From assembly GCF_964204645.1 (NCBI RefSeq), contig NC_134027.1, positions 21,042,560 through 21,106,559 on the forward strand: a DNA stretch of 64,000 nucleotides. The letters run 5' to 3'. The translations under genes and the position numbers were made by a program. Positions within the stretch are counted from its first letter, which is position 1. Every line of letters begins with the position of its first letter. Source of the DNA: Tubulanus polymorphus (taxonomy: Eukaryota > Animalia > Nemertea). A model generated the notes under the pieces. That model worked only from the letters and a program-made list of their open reading frames with translations. It was not told where the DNA came from and ran no database searches. Positions 1-12,800 of this stretch are shown here, one piece after another.

Positions 1-349
1 TAATAATAATAATGATAATAATCGTTATAATGTATAAACTGGAAAAGGCGACGGATATTTACAATACTTTTACTTCGAATCGAAAAATCAGTTTCAACGA
101 GAGGTGCCAATCACTACGCGCGGTGTTGGGTTTTTGCATAAAATCATCCAGCAATATTCTCACTATATACGGTATATACACGCTCAGTCGGAGGACCACC
201 ACCTCGTTTAACATACGTGGAATTTGGTCTATTTTTCACCGATACATCCATAGCACATTCGTTCCCGTCGAGAATGGAACGAAGGAACGATGGTGTAGCG
301 AAATGAACGGCTGAATTGTTTCCAAATGGAAATTCCGCCGCGGTACGTA

Positions 350-665
350 CAGTAAAACCAGCTTAATACTGACGTGGAATCCAGTATTTTTTGAGTACCA
401 ACCCTATAGATAACGAATTGAAATAAGTTGAACTGAAGGCGAATACCATAATTACTATATCATAACTATATTCCTTGTTATAACGCACAAACATCCGGGC
501 ACACTACCTAACGTATTGCATGCGTGTATTGTAGGCAGTCCAATAGTTTCTCTGCGGATTAATTCTACTTTCTCATGAACTAGATTAAAAATTCATTGGT
601 TTCAAGACGGTGATCGGGATTCATTGGTCTCCAGACGGTGATCGTATTAAGCAGGTTTAACTATG
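350..665. mobile_element. pogo/Tigger-like MITE
   Basis: TA|CAGTAAAACCAGCTTAATAC...GTATTAAGCAGGTTTAACT. Confidence 0.55.
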
Positions 666-862
666 TACCGGGTATTTGTTTAAATGTTGCCCCCATTCAT
701 ACCCAACATCGAAAACGTTTTCATTTCTATATCACGAATGAAACGATCGACTAAGAATTGATATTTTCTAATGGAAAAAGAGTGACTAAACTCGTCGAAA
801 CACAACCTTACAAAACGAACCCATCAGATGAGCGAGGGGCGAAAGGTTAATAGTTAAATGTG

Positions 863-3800
863 TCAGGTTCGATAGATGAACCGCGTGATGAAAATGGCGA
901 TTGTAGTCGATAGAAGAGCCAAGGAAGCTCGCACAGCAGTCGCCGCGTTGTAATACGGACAATACGGACACTGGAACGAACCGCACGATAAACAAATATT
1001 CAAATTGAATAAATCCCACGTGATGTACATCGTGTTGTTGAAACGACCTGAAAAATAGTAAAACAAAGCAAAATTTTGAAAATGAATATATTTCATATGA
1101 ATCGAAACTCGTATAAACTTTTTTCTATGCCCTTTAACTCGCAATCCATGTTTATAATTCCAATTTTCTTTTTTTATAGTTCCATTTTTATAACAAAACT
1201 AATTTAAGAATCTATGAACTCAGTCTGATAAGCACACTCCAACATTACAGCTTCGAAAACTCTAATTTTTACTTAAAACCATCTGATGACCATAAACAAA
1301 TAGGCAGATTGTCTGTTGAAGTGTAGTGGTGTGATGAATACTGCACTGTATGTGAATGTAAACCGTTCAAGCAAACATATCATAGATATCTTCCCAGTCT
1401 CTTAAGTGATACAACATTAACTTATTTGGCTATAGTTTGGATACGGCGATAGATTCTTGACACAATAAATGGGTGATTTATACCAAATAGTGTAAATACC
1501 TGGTTCGTAATAATCGTATATTCGAACGCTGTGCTGTATAGTCATATTAGCGACAGGATACCAACGATCAGCTCGGAAATCTACGCACGTTCTCTGTTGA
1601 TCAATCTACACAATGAAACATCAAAAAGAAATAGGTGAATTCGTTTTCAAATAAGTTCAGCGAAATTTATAGAAGAGAGGATATCAATATAGACAATGTT
1701 GCCATCTGTGTATTCAAGTTTAACCACAACACCTCAAATAATATGACTGAACCGTAGCCATATTTATATTTCTGGGAATCAGGTCACATGTAACAATATC
1801 GGTGCCATCAATACTGTTAAGAAGTTTGATGCAGAGGGTATCAGACAATAGGCAATGATAGTGTTGCCATCTAAATGGTAATATTCAATGTAATCAGACA
1901 ATGCATTAGTCCTGTTAGCAGTGTCGCCATGCAAGTGTCCATGAAAGCAGTGTCGCCATCTAAGTGGTGAGGTTAAATCTAGTGAATAGGAGACAATCCA
2001 TTTGTACCAATGACTACGCAATGACACAGAAAGTGTAACCATCTATACGATAAAGTTCAATCTAATGGGTAGCAGGTGATCTATCTACTTGTAACCTACA
2101 CAATGATATAGACAGCGTTGCCATCTTCAAGTTGAAGATTAATCTAGCGGGTAGCAGACAATCACTATATACAACAGTTGAACCACTACACAATGAGTTA
2201 ATAATGGACACATAACATTACAATACGTTATGTCGAACAATAATTTCAAACTAAATGTTATGAATTAATAGAAATACAAGTTATACAATTGTGCTATATT
2301 CGAAGAGTAGCCGTGTTAACCAGGTTTAGAATAAGTAATGAGACGAGTAGTACTATATAGGTTAACTATTTATTGATGCACGAGCTTTCGCTTCTAATTT
2401 ATAGAAGCTTCATCTCTCATTCACCTGATGAAGCTTCTATTCATTAGAAGTGAAAGCTCGTGCGTCAAATAAATAGTTAACCTATACAGTACTACTCGTC
2501 TCGTTACTTACAATTGAGCTATGAAGCCAATATCGTACGTCGATCTGCACTTACGTATTCAAAGTAGAAGCGAACTTTCTTGCCGTAGAATTCGGCGCGA
2601 CGAAGATTCTCGACGGTGTTCGACTGCACGTATTTACGCAGAACGTCGTTGGTTATCATATATCCGGTCGGTAAATCCATCTCTATAACGGTCATTCCGC
2701 TACGCGCCGCCAACGAAACATTCGTCCAACTGAAAAGCGAATTTATGATATCTAGAATTCGAATTCGGGTCGCTAGTCCCTACTATTATCATTCCCGCTG
2801 TCCGTTTGGGTCGGGCTTTTTTGAAATCTTATCATTAATACTTAGATATGAATATGCAGATTCATTTTTTGATAATATATATGACTTTATTTGACAAAGA
2901 ATAATAATATGAACGGTTTGCTTAGATACTATGTACATTAATAGCATTAGCAATAGCAAGTTATTCTTTCTTTTAGTTGTAGGTTTTCAAAGATAGAAAG
3001 CAACTCAGCTATGAAAACCAAATTGTCTAATGTCCGCTGTTCGGATTCCATTTGTAAGCCTAATGATGGCGAATGAAAATTTGTTTACAAACCTCGCACA
3101 GAGTTGCGTGTGCATGATCGAGAAATTCTTGCCGGATAATTCGATTCGTGGAATATCCAGTGAGAAATATTGAGTATCACTTTCACGGTCTCCTGGACGT
3201 CGCAGAAATTCTCGGTATTCAACATTCACCCAGACATCCAACTAAAAATTATAAACATATGCTTTACAACTCATAGGTTATGAGAGTGTACATATAACAT
3301 GTATACATAACACCGCCGAACATTTTTTTCAATGTATTATGGATGTAAAACAATGTATTGCGTCTTGTGACCAATCATCTGAGTGTTTAAGATACACTAT
3401 TTTATTTGATTGATATCCTGATGTTGCTGGAGTCTTCATTCAAAACAAACATGGCATCTCAGGGAAGGCCGAATGTTTGGGAAGTGAAAGTCATTAGTTT
3501 TGTGCAGTTCATTGAAACCCTGGGATAACCAACACCAAAAATTGAAACCCTTAAGGGGTCAAATCGACTGAATAATCAGTAGTCTTTTAAAACTTGAACA
3601 CAACGATTCTTACCATAACATTAACCAAGCCGGTTCCTTCAGCACTAATTCGAGTGTTTCCCCAAACCACCGGAATCTGAAGATTTAAAAAATATATACA
3701 TATCTTACACCAGCATTTGCATCAGGCACTGATTCTTATATTTTGCCTGATATTTTGTGTCTACAGGGCTAATATTTATCAGGTCTGGCTGCGAGACTAT

Positions 3801-6800
3801 TTGTGGAGCCACAAAAATGCAAAAAATTGCTTTTGGTGTTAATTTCCAACTTTTTGGCCCAAACCGAAAACTGAAAAGACTACTTGAGGAATCGTTTCCG
3901 GATGGTAACAGGTATGTAGCAATAATATAAGTAAATATGACAACAATAGAAAACTTTGAAATGAGCTCTAAAATTCTCAAGTTGTATTGTCAATATCTGA
4001 GTTAGAAATATGTGAAAAATTTGATGCCGAAAGTTGGTTTGGCAGGGGCCACGTTTGGGGTATTAAGTTAACATCGAGTCAAACAGAAATCCCAACTGTG
4101 AAACTGGAGCTTTTAGCTCCTGTACGCAGATACGTTTGTCAGAAATTTTTCACTAATTTCAAATTTCCTCTCGGAACATAGGGTAGGAAACTGTAAAGAC
4201 CAGTCTTGAGGATTGAACTCTAGTTATGACCGTGCAACTAGCCTATGCTATTAGAAATACGGATCTACTAAATGAGATCCAACGAAAACCGTAATACCCG
4301 GTACTTACATCAACTGTTTGTAGAGTGAGGAAATTTTTCTTGTCTAAATCGATAAACTGCTCGAACGAAGAATCGGACGACGCTTGCACCGACAGTTTAA
4401 TATCGTAGAGAGCCCGACTATCGCTTTGACGGGCGTATTCCGCCAGAGCCTGCAACGCGACGATAGAATCCTGGAAAAAAAGATGGACGATGAAGAAAAT
4501 CACATTTAAAATTATACAGTTCCTCAGTTCTGAGTTAAGATTTGATGAGAATGTTATTCCATTTTTAATGAAATTTGAACTGGATTTTTAGGCGTCCAAA
4601 TCAAAATATCATCAAACAAAACGTAAAATGATTGACTTTCCTACTCATGTTTCCCCGAAAATTGATCTAGCAATGAGAGAAAAGGTGATTCGAATATAGG
4701 CCTAATTGTAATTTTAAAAAGAAAGCTAAGCGTGGTAACCAAGTAATCACAAGTGAACCTGGTGCAACATCACTTGCCACAGTAGTGGTCAGCAGGGGAT
4801 CCGAATGACCCCCCCCCCGCAAAAGAAATTTAGTTCCCCTCAATTTCAACTCATTAAGAAATATCATGCAGAAACGCTAAACGTATTACTATTTACAACG
4901 TAATACATGAACATGTACATTACATTCGTTCATTCATCCAATCAACAGAAATCGTTCCGAGCCTCGGCCAGACATCTGAAACCCAGGTCTGGCTGTGACC
5001 GCACATCTATACCTGGTGTTGGGCTTTCCGTATTATACGTATACACCGTAAAGGAGATGGAGAAAACACATACAATGAATACGCTTTAACCCTTTCAGTG
5101 CGTCTACACTGCAGTGCGGTGTATGAATCGGTGATGGATTCTGCTAGTACACCGCAATTAGTAATTAGAAATTTCAAATATAAAAAAATTTTCAAATTAT
5201 CTCCAGCACTATAGGGTATTGATTAATCAGCACTGAAAGGGTTAACGGTTCGCAGAACTTTTACGGCCGTTCATGTGATCTACCGATCTCAGAAAAGTAA
5301 TGTGACCCAAGTCTCAATAACACTCAGCCCTACCCCTAAATTTCTTTAAAGATGCTCTCTGATGGAACTGAAGCGAAGGTTGGAAAGATTTTCATCCCTA
5401 ATACGTGAACACATAATACCTGAGTAGAAGCGAATCCACCGATCGAGTTACGCATCGACTGTAGCCAGGTCATGCTTTCGTAGGCGCGGTCTCGTTTGTT
5501 GTTATTGAGTAAAACCATCAATGCGTAAGACGTCGCCTGCACGGCTATTCCTTCGTTCGGGTAATGGTTCTTCGGTTGAACGTGCGGTAACGTGTCTAAA
5601 TTGACAATATCCAGTCCCGAAATATAATCATCCGCCCAATACTGATATTCACCAACTGAAAAAAATGAAAATCAAAACATCATCGATTCACTTACAATAT
5701 CTGCTAATTCATGATTTCTGCTACTTAGAAATCTATTTAGCTAACACATTCGCTGTCAGCTAAGAATTGTCCCATATTTTTTACCAAAACCATTGCCCAT
5801 ACGAGATAAATCAATACTTCTGAGTAAGGCACTGTTGCAACTATGAGATATCTCATACTTCAGGTTCTACCATCATCGCCACTTTAGAGATATGTCATAC
5901 TTTTGGTCATACCACCGTTACCACTATGAGATATCTGATACATCTGGGTCTGACATCATTATTAGTATAAGATATCACAATTTTGTCCAAAAAATCTTCA
6001 AAAGGGCAATTTCTGTATAATAAAAGCACAATTTTGACAGAAATTCTAGGAGGGACTCAAAAGCGTACTGCCAGAATACCCTTTTCTTGTTCATATGCCC
6101 TAAAAATATAGGGTATGACCATAAGATCATTTCATTGTATCTGCCCTCATAATGATATTGAATAATCTACGAATTTTGATTTCCAATTAGTTAACTTTTC
6201 ACATATTTGGTGTCATATTGAGGCCGACATGGATAGTGTACATGTCTGATCTTGAGTGGATTTTATTTCGGAGTTCCAAACTCACCGGTTTTCCTAGCAT
6301 TCCACAATCGGTTGAATATGTCTCCGGCTTTATCGTGGCTAATACGTTTTAACGCCCACGCAGTGATCGACAATTCATACGCTGAATACATTTTATCGAT
6401 GTTATCGCCGAGGTATTTACCGGCTCTAGTGATAGCAGACGTCACCGACGTACGAGCGTCCTGCAAAATAAAATGTGCATCGTTCAAGTTTCATATAAAC
6501 CTTCACAGACTATTGAGCCTGCTTTTTCTAAGAATCTCATTAATTCTAACTTCGATCGAGGGCCCAGTTTTTAGAATGCCTACTAACTATGTAAGATGGT
6601 TTTCAACACCCATCTAGGCCTGAGCCTGGTTTCATAGACTTAGTATAAATTCCAAATATAGGGCCTAGTTGATTTCTATGGATAAGTCACTATGTATATT
6701 TGAATTGAAGTTAAGGCCACAATGAAAAGAAAATTTACAAAATTCGTTTAATTATCCTTGTGAATTTTTCAGTGTTCAGGACAAAGTACAATTTCTTGAT

Positions 6801-9800
6801 TAAGATTTGCTGTTAAGAGTGAACTCAGCTTAGCTACGTAGGTTCATACACGCAGGCCTGCTCTCGTTCAAAGGCCTGTAGCAACTTCGACTTTCAAGTC
6901 TGGTCTTACTGTGTAGCAAGTTTAGAGCCTAGTTTAAGTAATGGAGCTTGCACGTCTTCGGGAACACCTAATTGCAAATACAAAACTTACCCCGGTAAGA
7001 TCTTTCAGTTCGCTCAACGCAATCAGCACATACGCAGTCAAACTGAAACTCGTGTGTTTCACTTTGCCATTTTCCATTGTAACATTTGACTGAAAGAAAA
7101 ATCAATAAATCGTTAACCAAATACAAAAAGCAGTAATTATTTCTTGAGTATTTATGAATGCCAATATCCACAACGAATGTGACCAATGACACTCATATAT
7201 TGATACTATTATCCCAAGCCTATCTCTAATATCACCATTGGCCTTTATCATTCATAAAGCAAAAGACTGTCATGAATTTTGTGCACTGCTATACATGTAC
7301 AGTACGTACAGGATTCTTTCATTCTCAATTGTCTGTCAAATCAAGCTCTCGCAACGCGTGCTGGTTATAAAGACAATTATCTCACTAAACTTACTCTAAA
7401 TGTCAAAATTCTGAAATCGAAGTGTATCACCCCGAGCTTATTATCGCTTATAATGCCCCTAGCCTTTATCTCCAACTGTGAAGTCACCTCTCACAGGAGA
7501 GGAGCGGTATTGGGTATTCAATTCTTCTCGGCTCGGATAACCATTCAACTTGGATGTTCTTCGAAAGATTTTCGGTGATACTTTATATAAAATACATGAC
7601 ATCCAACTCTGACATGACAGAAGTCAGACATGTATTATAGTTATCTAGGTGATACTTACAGTCATCTTCTGATCGTAGATTCCTCCGATTTCCTTGAACA
7701 CGCCGTTGTCCGGATTATTAGCGTCGCTAACTTGCTGATCGATCAACCACAGCGCCACCTTGTTGAGTAGATCTAACGGAATGAACACTTCGTATTCCCA
7801 ATCCGGATTCCTCGCGTGGTGCAACGTTTGTAAAATGAACGCGGTTAACCTGTGGCGAAAAATTGTCGTAGAAACGTCATTAGTTCAATTTCGAGCCCTC
7901 GCCATCATTACAATACAGTCAGCTTTAGAGCTGAATTTCTACTAACAAATGATACCACATCGTAGGTAGTTGAAAGGGGAACTTGTTTCATGGATTTCAT
8001 GAAAGTTTACCTTTATGGTAGGTACCAATGCAAACGTCAGCTCCTGGGAGTACTCAGGCAGAAAATTTTAGAAAATCAGATGCAAAGAGAAACGATTTCA
8101 CAATTTCAAGCAAATTAGGGACAAATATTTTGCTACAATTTGGTCTCAAATCGAGTAGCTTAAGAAGCACGAACAAAAATGAATGATACATAAAGTGTTA
8201 CCAAGGAGTGAATCTTTCTTGAAGTCAATAATCAAATTTTCTCAAGGTCATCATCTGAAGCCCCTTAAATAAGGGCATGAATAACCCAAATAGCTCCGCT
8301 CCCCCTTAGTAGCAATTTTTGTAGTCATACCTACGCAACTCCCCCTATAGGTCGATGTATGTTGCTATCAGCTAAAGAGCTTCGCCTTATTAGGGATGGG
8401 GTTTAAAGTCTAACTGCCAGTTCCAATGAAGGAGTCAGTACATTCCGGCTCAAATGTACCAAAAGCAATAGAATGATCGAATATCAAAAATGCCCTATCA
8501 TATCATTGGATACCATCTAAGAAGGCCATTGGCCTATATACCGACAGCTTAGAACAAGATGATTACCAATATTCAAATACATTTACTAAGCTATGATTTG
8601 AGTAATTCTCGATTTCCAAAGCTGTTAAATTTATTTCCAAGGGTATGACATTCAGTTGAGGCTTATCCAAACATGAATAATGTTCTTCACCAATTTTGAT
8701 GGGTCAATGAACCCTGCTAGGCTTGTAGTGGAATCTATGTAACTATAATCCTAACTGCAAGGTGACTTAAATTCGCCTGAATGAAACCTTGTAGTCACCC
8801 CCCTAGCGCTGCATTTCAGTTGCTTCATCTCGAAAAGCTCCCCCTAGTGGTGAATGTATGTACTCACCAGACGCTCGGTTCTTGATGGTCCCGGAACACC
8901 GAGAAATATCCAGTATCGTTGTAATAACTCATAATCCTCTGCAAAGCTACAAAATGAAAACAATGGACAAATATTGAGAGACATGATTTACATCAAAATA
9001 TCATATTCCTAGTCAATAACTTAGGGACTGGTAATTGATTAAATGGAAATCAAAAGAATATTGGATGAAGCACATGGAAATAATAGTGTGTGTTAAGGAA
9101 ATGCAATATATACACTAGATGCTGTAACTGGAGCACGAAGATCAGCAGACTTCTTAGTTCTAGTATGTATACTGTATAGCTATAGTGTCTGGTACGTAAT
9201 GGCAACGAAGTCGCTATTTACTATGCAAAAATGAAGTCCCTATTCTTTGGTAAGTTTAGGACAATGAGTAATTTCCAGGATTGAGACATCTCTCGTATAT
9301 CGAGCAATAGTTATTTGTAGAGAAGAAACATATGCGAAATAGCACTCTCATGAGTGCCCAAGTCCAGTGACACCAGTTTTGTCACCAACTTTTGAAATGT
9401 GGTAATGAGAACTGTAGCCATAAAACGGATTGACGAATAGATATTTACCGATATTCATGTATTCGAGAGCGTGGGCTCTCTCCTCACGTTTTAGAGCGCT
9501 GACTCTTTGAAGGAAGTACATATAATAGAGATTTGTGGCGAAGTTAAATCCAGCCTGTTCCCCGCAGCCATACGGCAATGACATCAAATTCTCCGAATCC
9601 AAATGATTGACAAAAAATCCAGGACCAACCACATCACCTGTAAGTGAACAAAGTATGTTTTTCTGTGAGACTAAAGATAATAATTGACGTTCATATAGGC
9701 CAAAAGCGCAAGAATCTGATGATGCAATACAGTTTTGAATCATCTATCATGCCAGATACCAATTTGAACCCACAACCTGGCATCCCAGAGAAACACACTG

Positions 9801-12800
9801 AAACAACTTGCCCAGCCCTCTCCTCGTGAGAAACAGTTGAAGTCTATAGGTTTTCTGCAAAGATTGGTTGTTAAGGACAGCAAACTGTGTCACTCTATTA
9901 ACAGGTGTTTCAATTTATCTACAACATCCTATGCACATGCAAGGTTGATTATCAGGCCTGAAATCCCGCCAACGATATTACAAATCTTTTCCCTTCATTT
10001 CACGTTCAGTACACTTGCTCTTGAATTATCAACAGCGGTGAGTGGACTGACTCGCAAAAAAAACTCTGAAAATCTGAACAAATCGAAAACCATTTTACTC
10101 ACCCACAGCACTAACTTTAGCTACAGGTGAACCAGGTACGTATAAATGTTCAATCTGTTCGGGTAACACAAACTGTTGCGGAACGTCGATGATCATCTTC
10201 GGGAATATATTCGAACCAGTTTTCAACAGATCGGTCATCAATGGCGTATGGAAGTGCTTCGTCACGCCGTTATACTGGAAAATAGTCGATGACCTTCATG
10301 AGAATGCCTCAAGATTCGGATGCCATATAGGCCTATGGCGTTCATGCAAATCGAACCTGAAGCCCCGATGAAGTTGAATGTGTGGAGATGTACTTACGAC
10401 AATGTAAATCGAACGAGTGATTGTATCTCCTCCCATAAACGTAGCAGACGTGATCGTAACGTCGACTTTACCTTGTACGATAGGAACAATCGGAAAATGT
10501 AACATCACTGTCTTACTGCTCTCCAACTGAAAATAAGAACAATATCAAACTCATATATCAATATAACTGCCGCAATGAAAAAACGAAAAAAACACAATTT
10601 GGAGGAATATCGACCACACTAAATGAGGCCTTAATAGAGCAGAGCTGCTAACCTAGATTTTATCTTTTTCTGAACACATGTCCAAGTTTATCAGTATTTT
10701 CAAAATTTTTCCAGCAGTCCCACATTTTCAAACCAAAAGTCCTTTTCAAAATCAGTATTGAGGCCTTAAAAATCAGTATTAAGGTGAATTACGTCGAACA
10801 AAATTTTTGTTTCCCATGTTCTGACACTGTACTTGTGCGCCGTCTTCATCTTAGTACAGATGGCACACTAGTACAACGCCATATTGAGAGTATAATTTAA
10901 GTTGGCAAGAGTGATTCTGAGAGATTTAAGAGGAAGAAAGATGCAATTTGCCATGAAAATTGTCCGTAACTTCTCAAATTTTTTCAGTATTCTCAGGTGA
11001 ATGTAAATCCGTAACAATTTTTCTAAAAACGAAACGCCGTATTTTCACGGAAAATTTTTACGGAAATATCAGAACGGTTGGCAGCTTTGATAGAGTAGTA
11101 GCTACTTTCAAATAATGCTGTACATACAGTACAGTAATAGGTGAATTTGCCTTGTAAGGCAAAATAAATTAATGGATTTTTTTGGCATTATGACGTGCTA
11201 TTTCCATTTTGGCACCCCACCAAACATTCAGCCACAGTATTATTCTTTGAAAAATTTTGATGTCTTTTGTTATTTTGACAGGGTTGCTACGTTCATCTTG
11301 TTTCTTTGATTTCGCGCATCGAATGGATTTTTAAAAGAAATTTCGACATTTTTTCAACATTCTGCCTTCACCAAACCAGCCAGCGTACAAATGCTCCGCA
11401 CTATTCAAAATGGTCAAGAGTTCTCAATCGGTTTACTTACATAGACTAACGTTTGGACGTCACCATTAGATTGTCGAGGATTATACGACTCCACAGTTCC
11501 CATCCATTCAACGTGTACAAAGTTAAACTGAGATGACTGATGTAATGTCACAAGTACCTGCAAAGAAATCATACAAAAATATATATCGGTAAGAAGCCGA
11601 TTGGAATGTAAGGATACCAAACAGATCCTTTGAAAAAGAACCCCCTCGGGTCTAAATACTGAGGAATATGTCCCTTCATGACCATTTTAACAGGGCTGCA
11701 TTGCTATCAATAAGAAGTTAGGGTTTTCGGTTAAATCTAATATTTCCAAATAATATCTGAAAGATTCAAAACAACACTACTCAGGCAATTAAGTAACATA
11801 AACTGAATATGGGGAACAGTTGGGGCAGCTCTGCTTCAGTTCTATGTCATCTGCTTTTTCCTCCACTGAGCATTCGGATGACTATTGCATACTAAATGAG
11901 GGATCACAAATAGCGATGACTAAGTATTCGGGGAAGCCCACAATTTGAGAAGCTCAGTGAATTTCTGATCTTGACAAATAACCAGTCTTTGGGAAGGGAA
12001 TTTCTTACCTCATAATAGTCGTCGGCATAATTAGACAAAACAACTCGAACGCCAAGTTGTTCGCCTTTCACAGCATGGGTCGGCATTTCCATCGTCATTA
12101 TGAATGCTTGTACGTGATCAAACTACAAAACAATTATCATTACATTAGAAAACTAGATCTTTAAAGAACTCGCCAGCCATAAGTGGCTTAAACATTGTAC
12201 ATTTAATTACGGAGCAATCCAGGGCTGGGTAGAGCATTAACAACATCAAAAAGTGTTGACAGGGAATCGAAGCGTTGAGAATGGTATATTCACAAAAAAA
12301 CAACCCTATTACAGCAGGGACATAACACTTAAGTAAAAGTACAAGGAGGGACCACAAATCTTGAAAAAGACAACATTTGTATCCAGGAAAACCATCAGTC
12401 TCATTGCAGAAAATGAAGGGTAGAAAGTATCCAAAATCTAAATCACATTTTGTGCATTGTGAGACTTGGTTGATTACTCGATTCAGTTGAAATGCCTGTG
12501 GAGAACAAGGGCACTGGAAAATCTAGAAGTTTAGAAATACAGTCTGGATCCACCACTGCTACCTATGTGACAGTGCGTTAACAACTCACTTATCCCTGGG
12601 TTGGAGCAGCAAAATCGTTCGAAATCAAAATGCTAAGCTATAGTGGCTATACAAATAAGTTGAACTTACCATACGAGGTTCTGTCATTATACCCAATCCC
12701 TTCTCCGGACTCATTGCAAACGCGTTCACCATCCAAGCAAATGGTATATGTAGTGGAACTTTCGCATTAAATTCAACCTGCCCATTCGGCCTAAAAGCAA

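Noticed and set aside
12-314. 100-aa ORF at the window start
   Set aside because: It starts in a (TAA)n microsatellite, has no motifs, and lies downstream of the Mcr stop codon on the opposite strand.
11608-11618. U12-type donor GTATCCTT on the minus strand
   Set aside because: Not at an exon boundary; the flanking exons join in frame with standard GT-AG sites.
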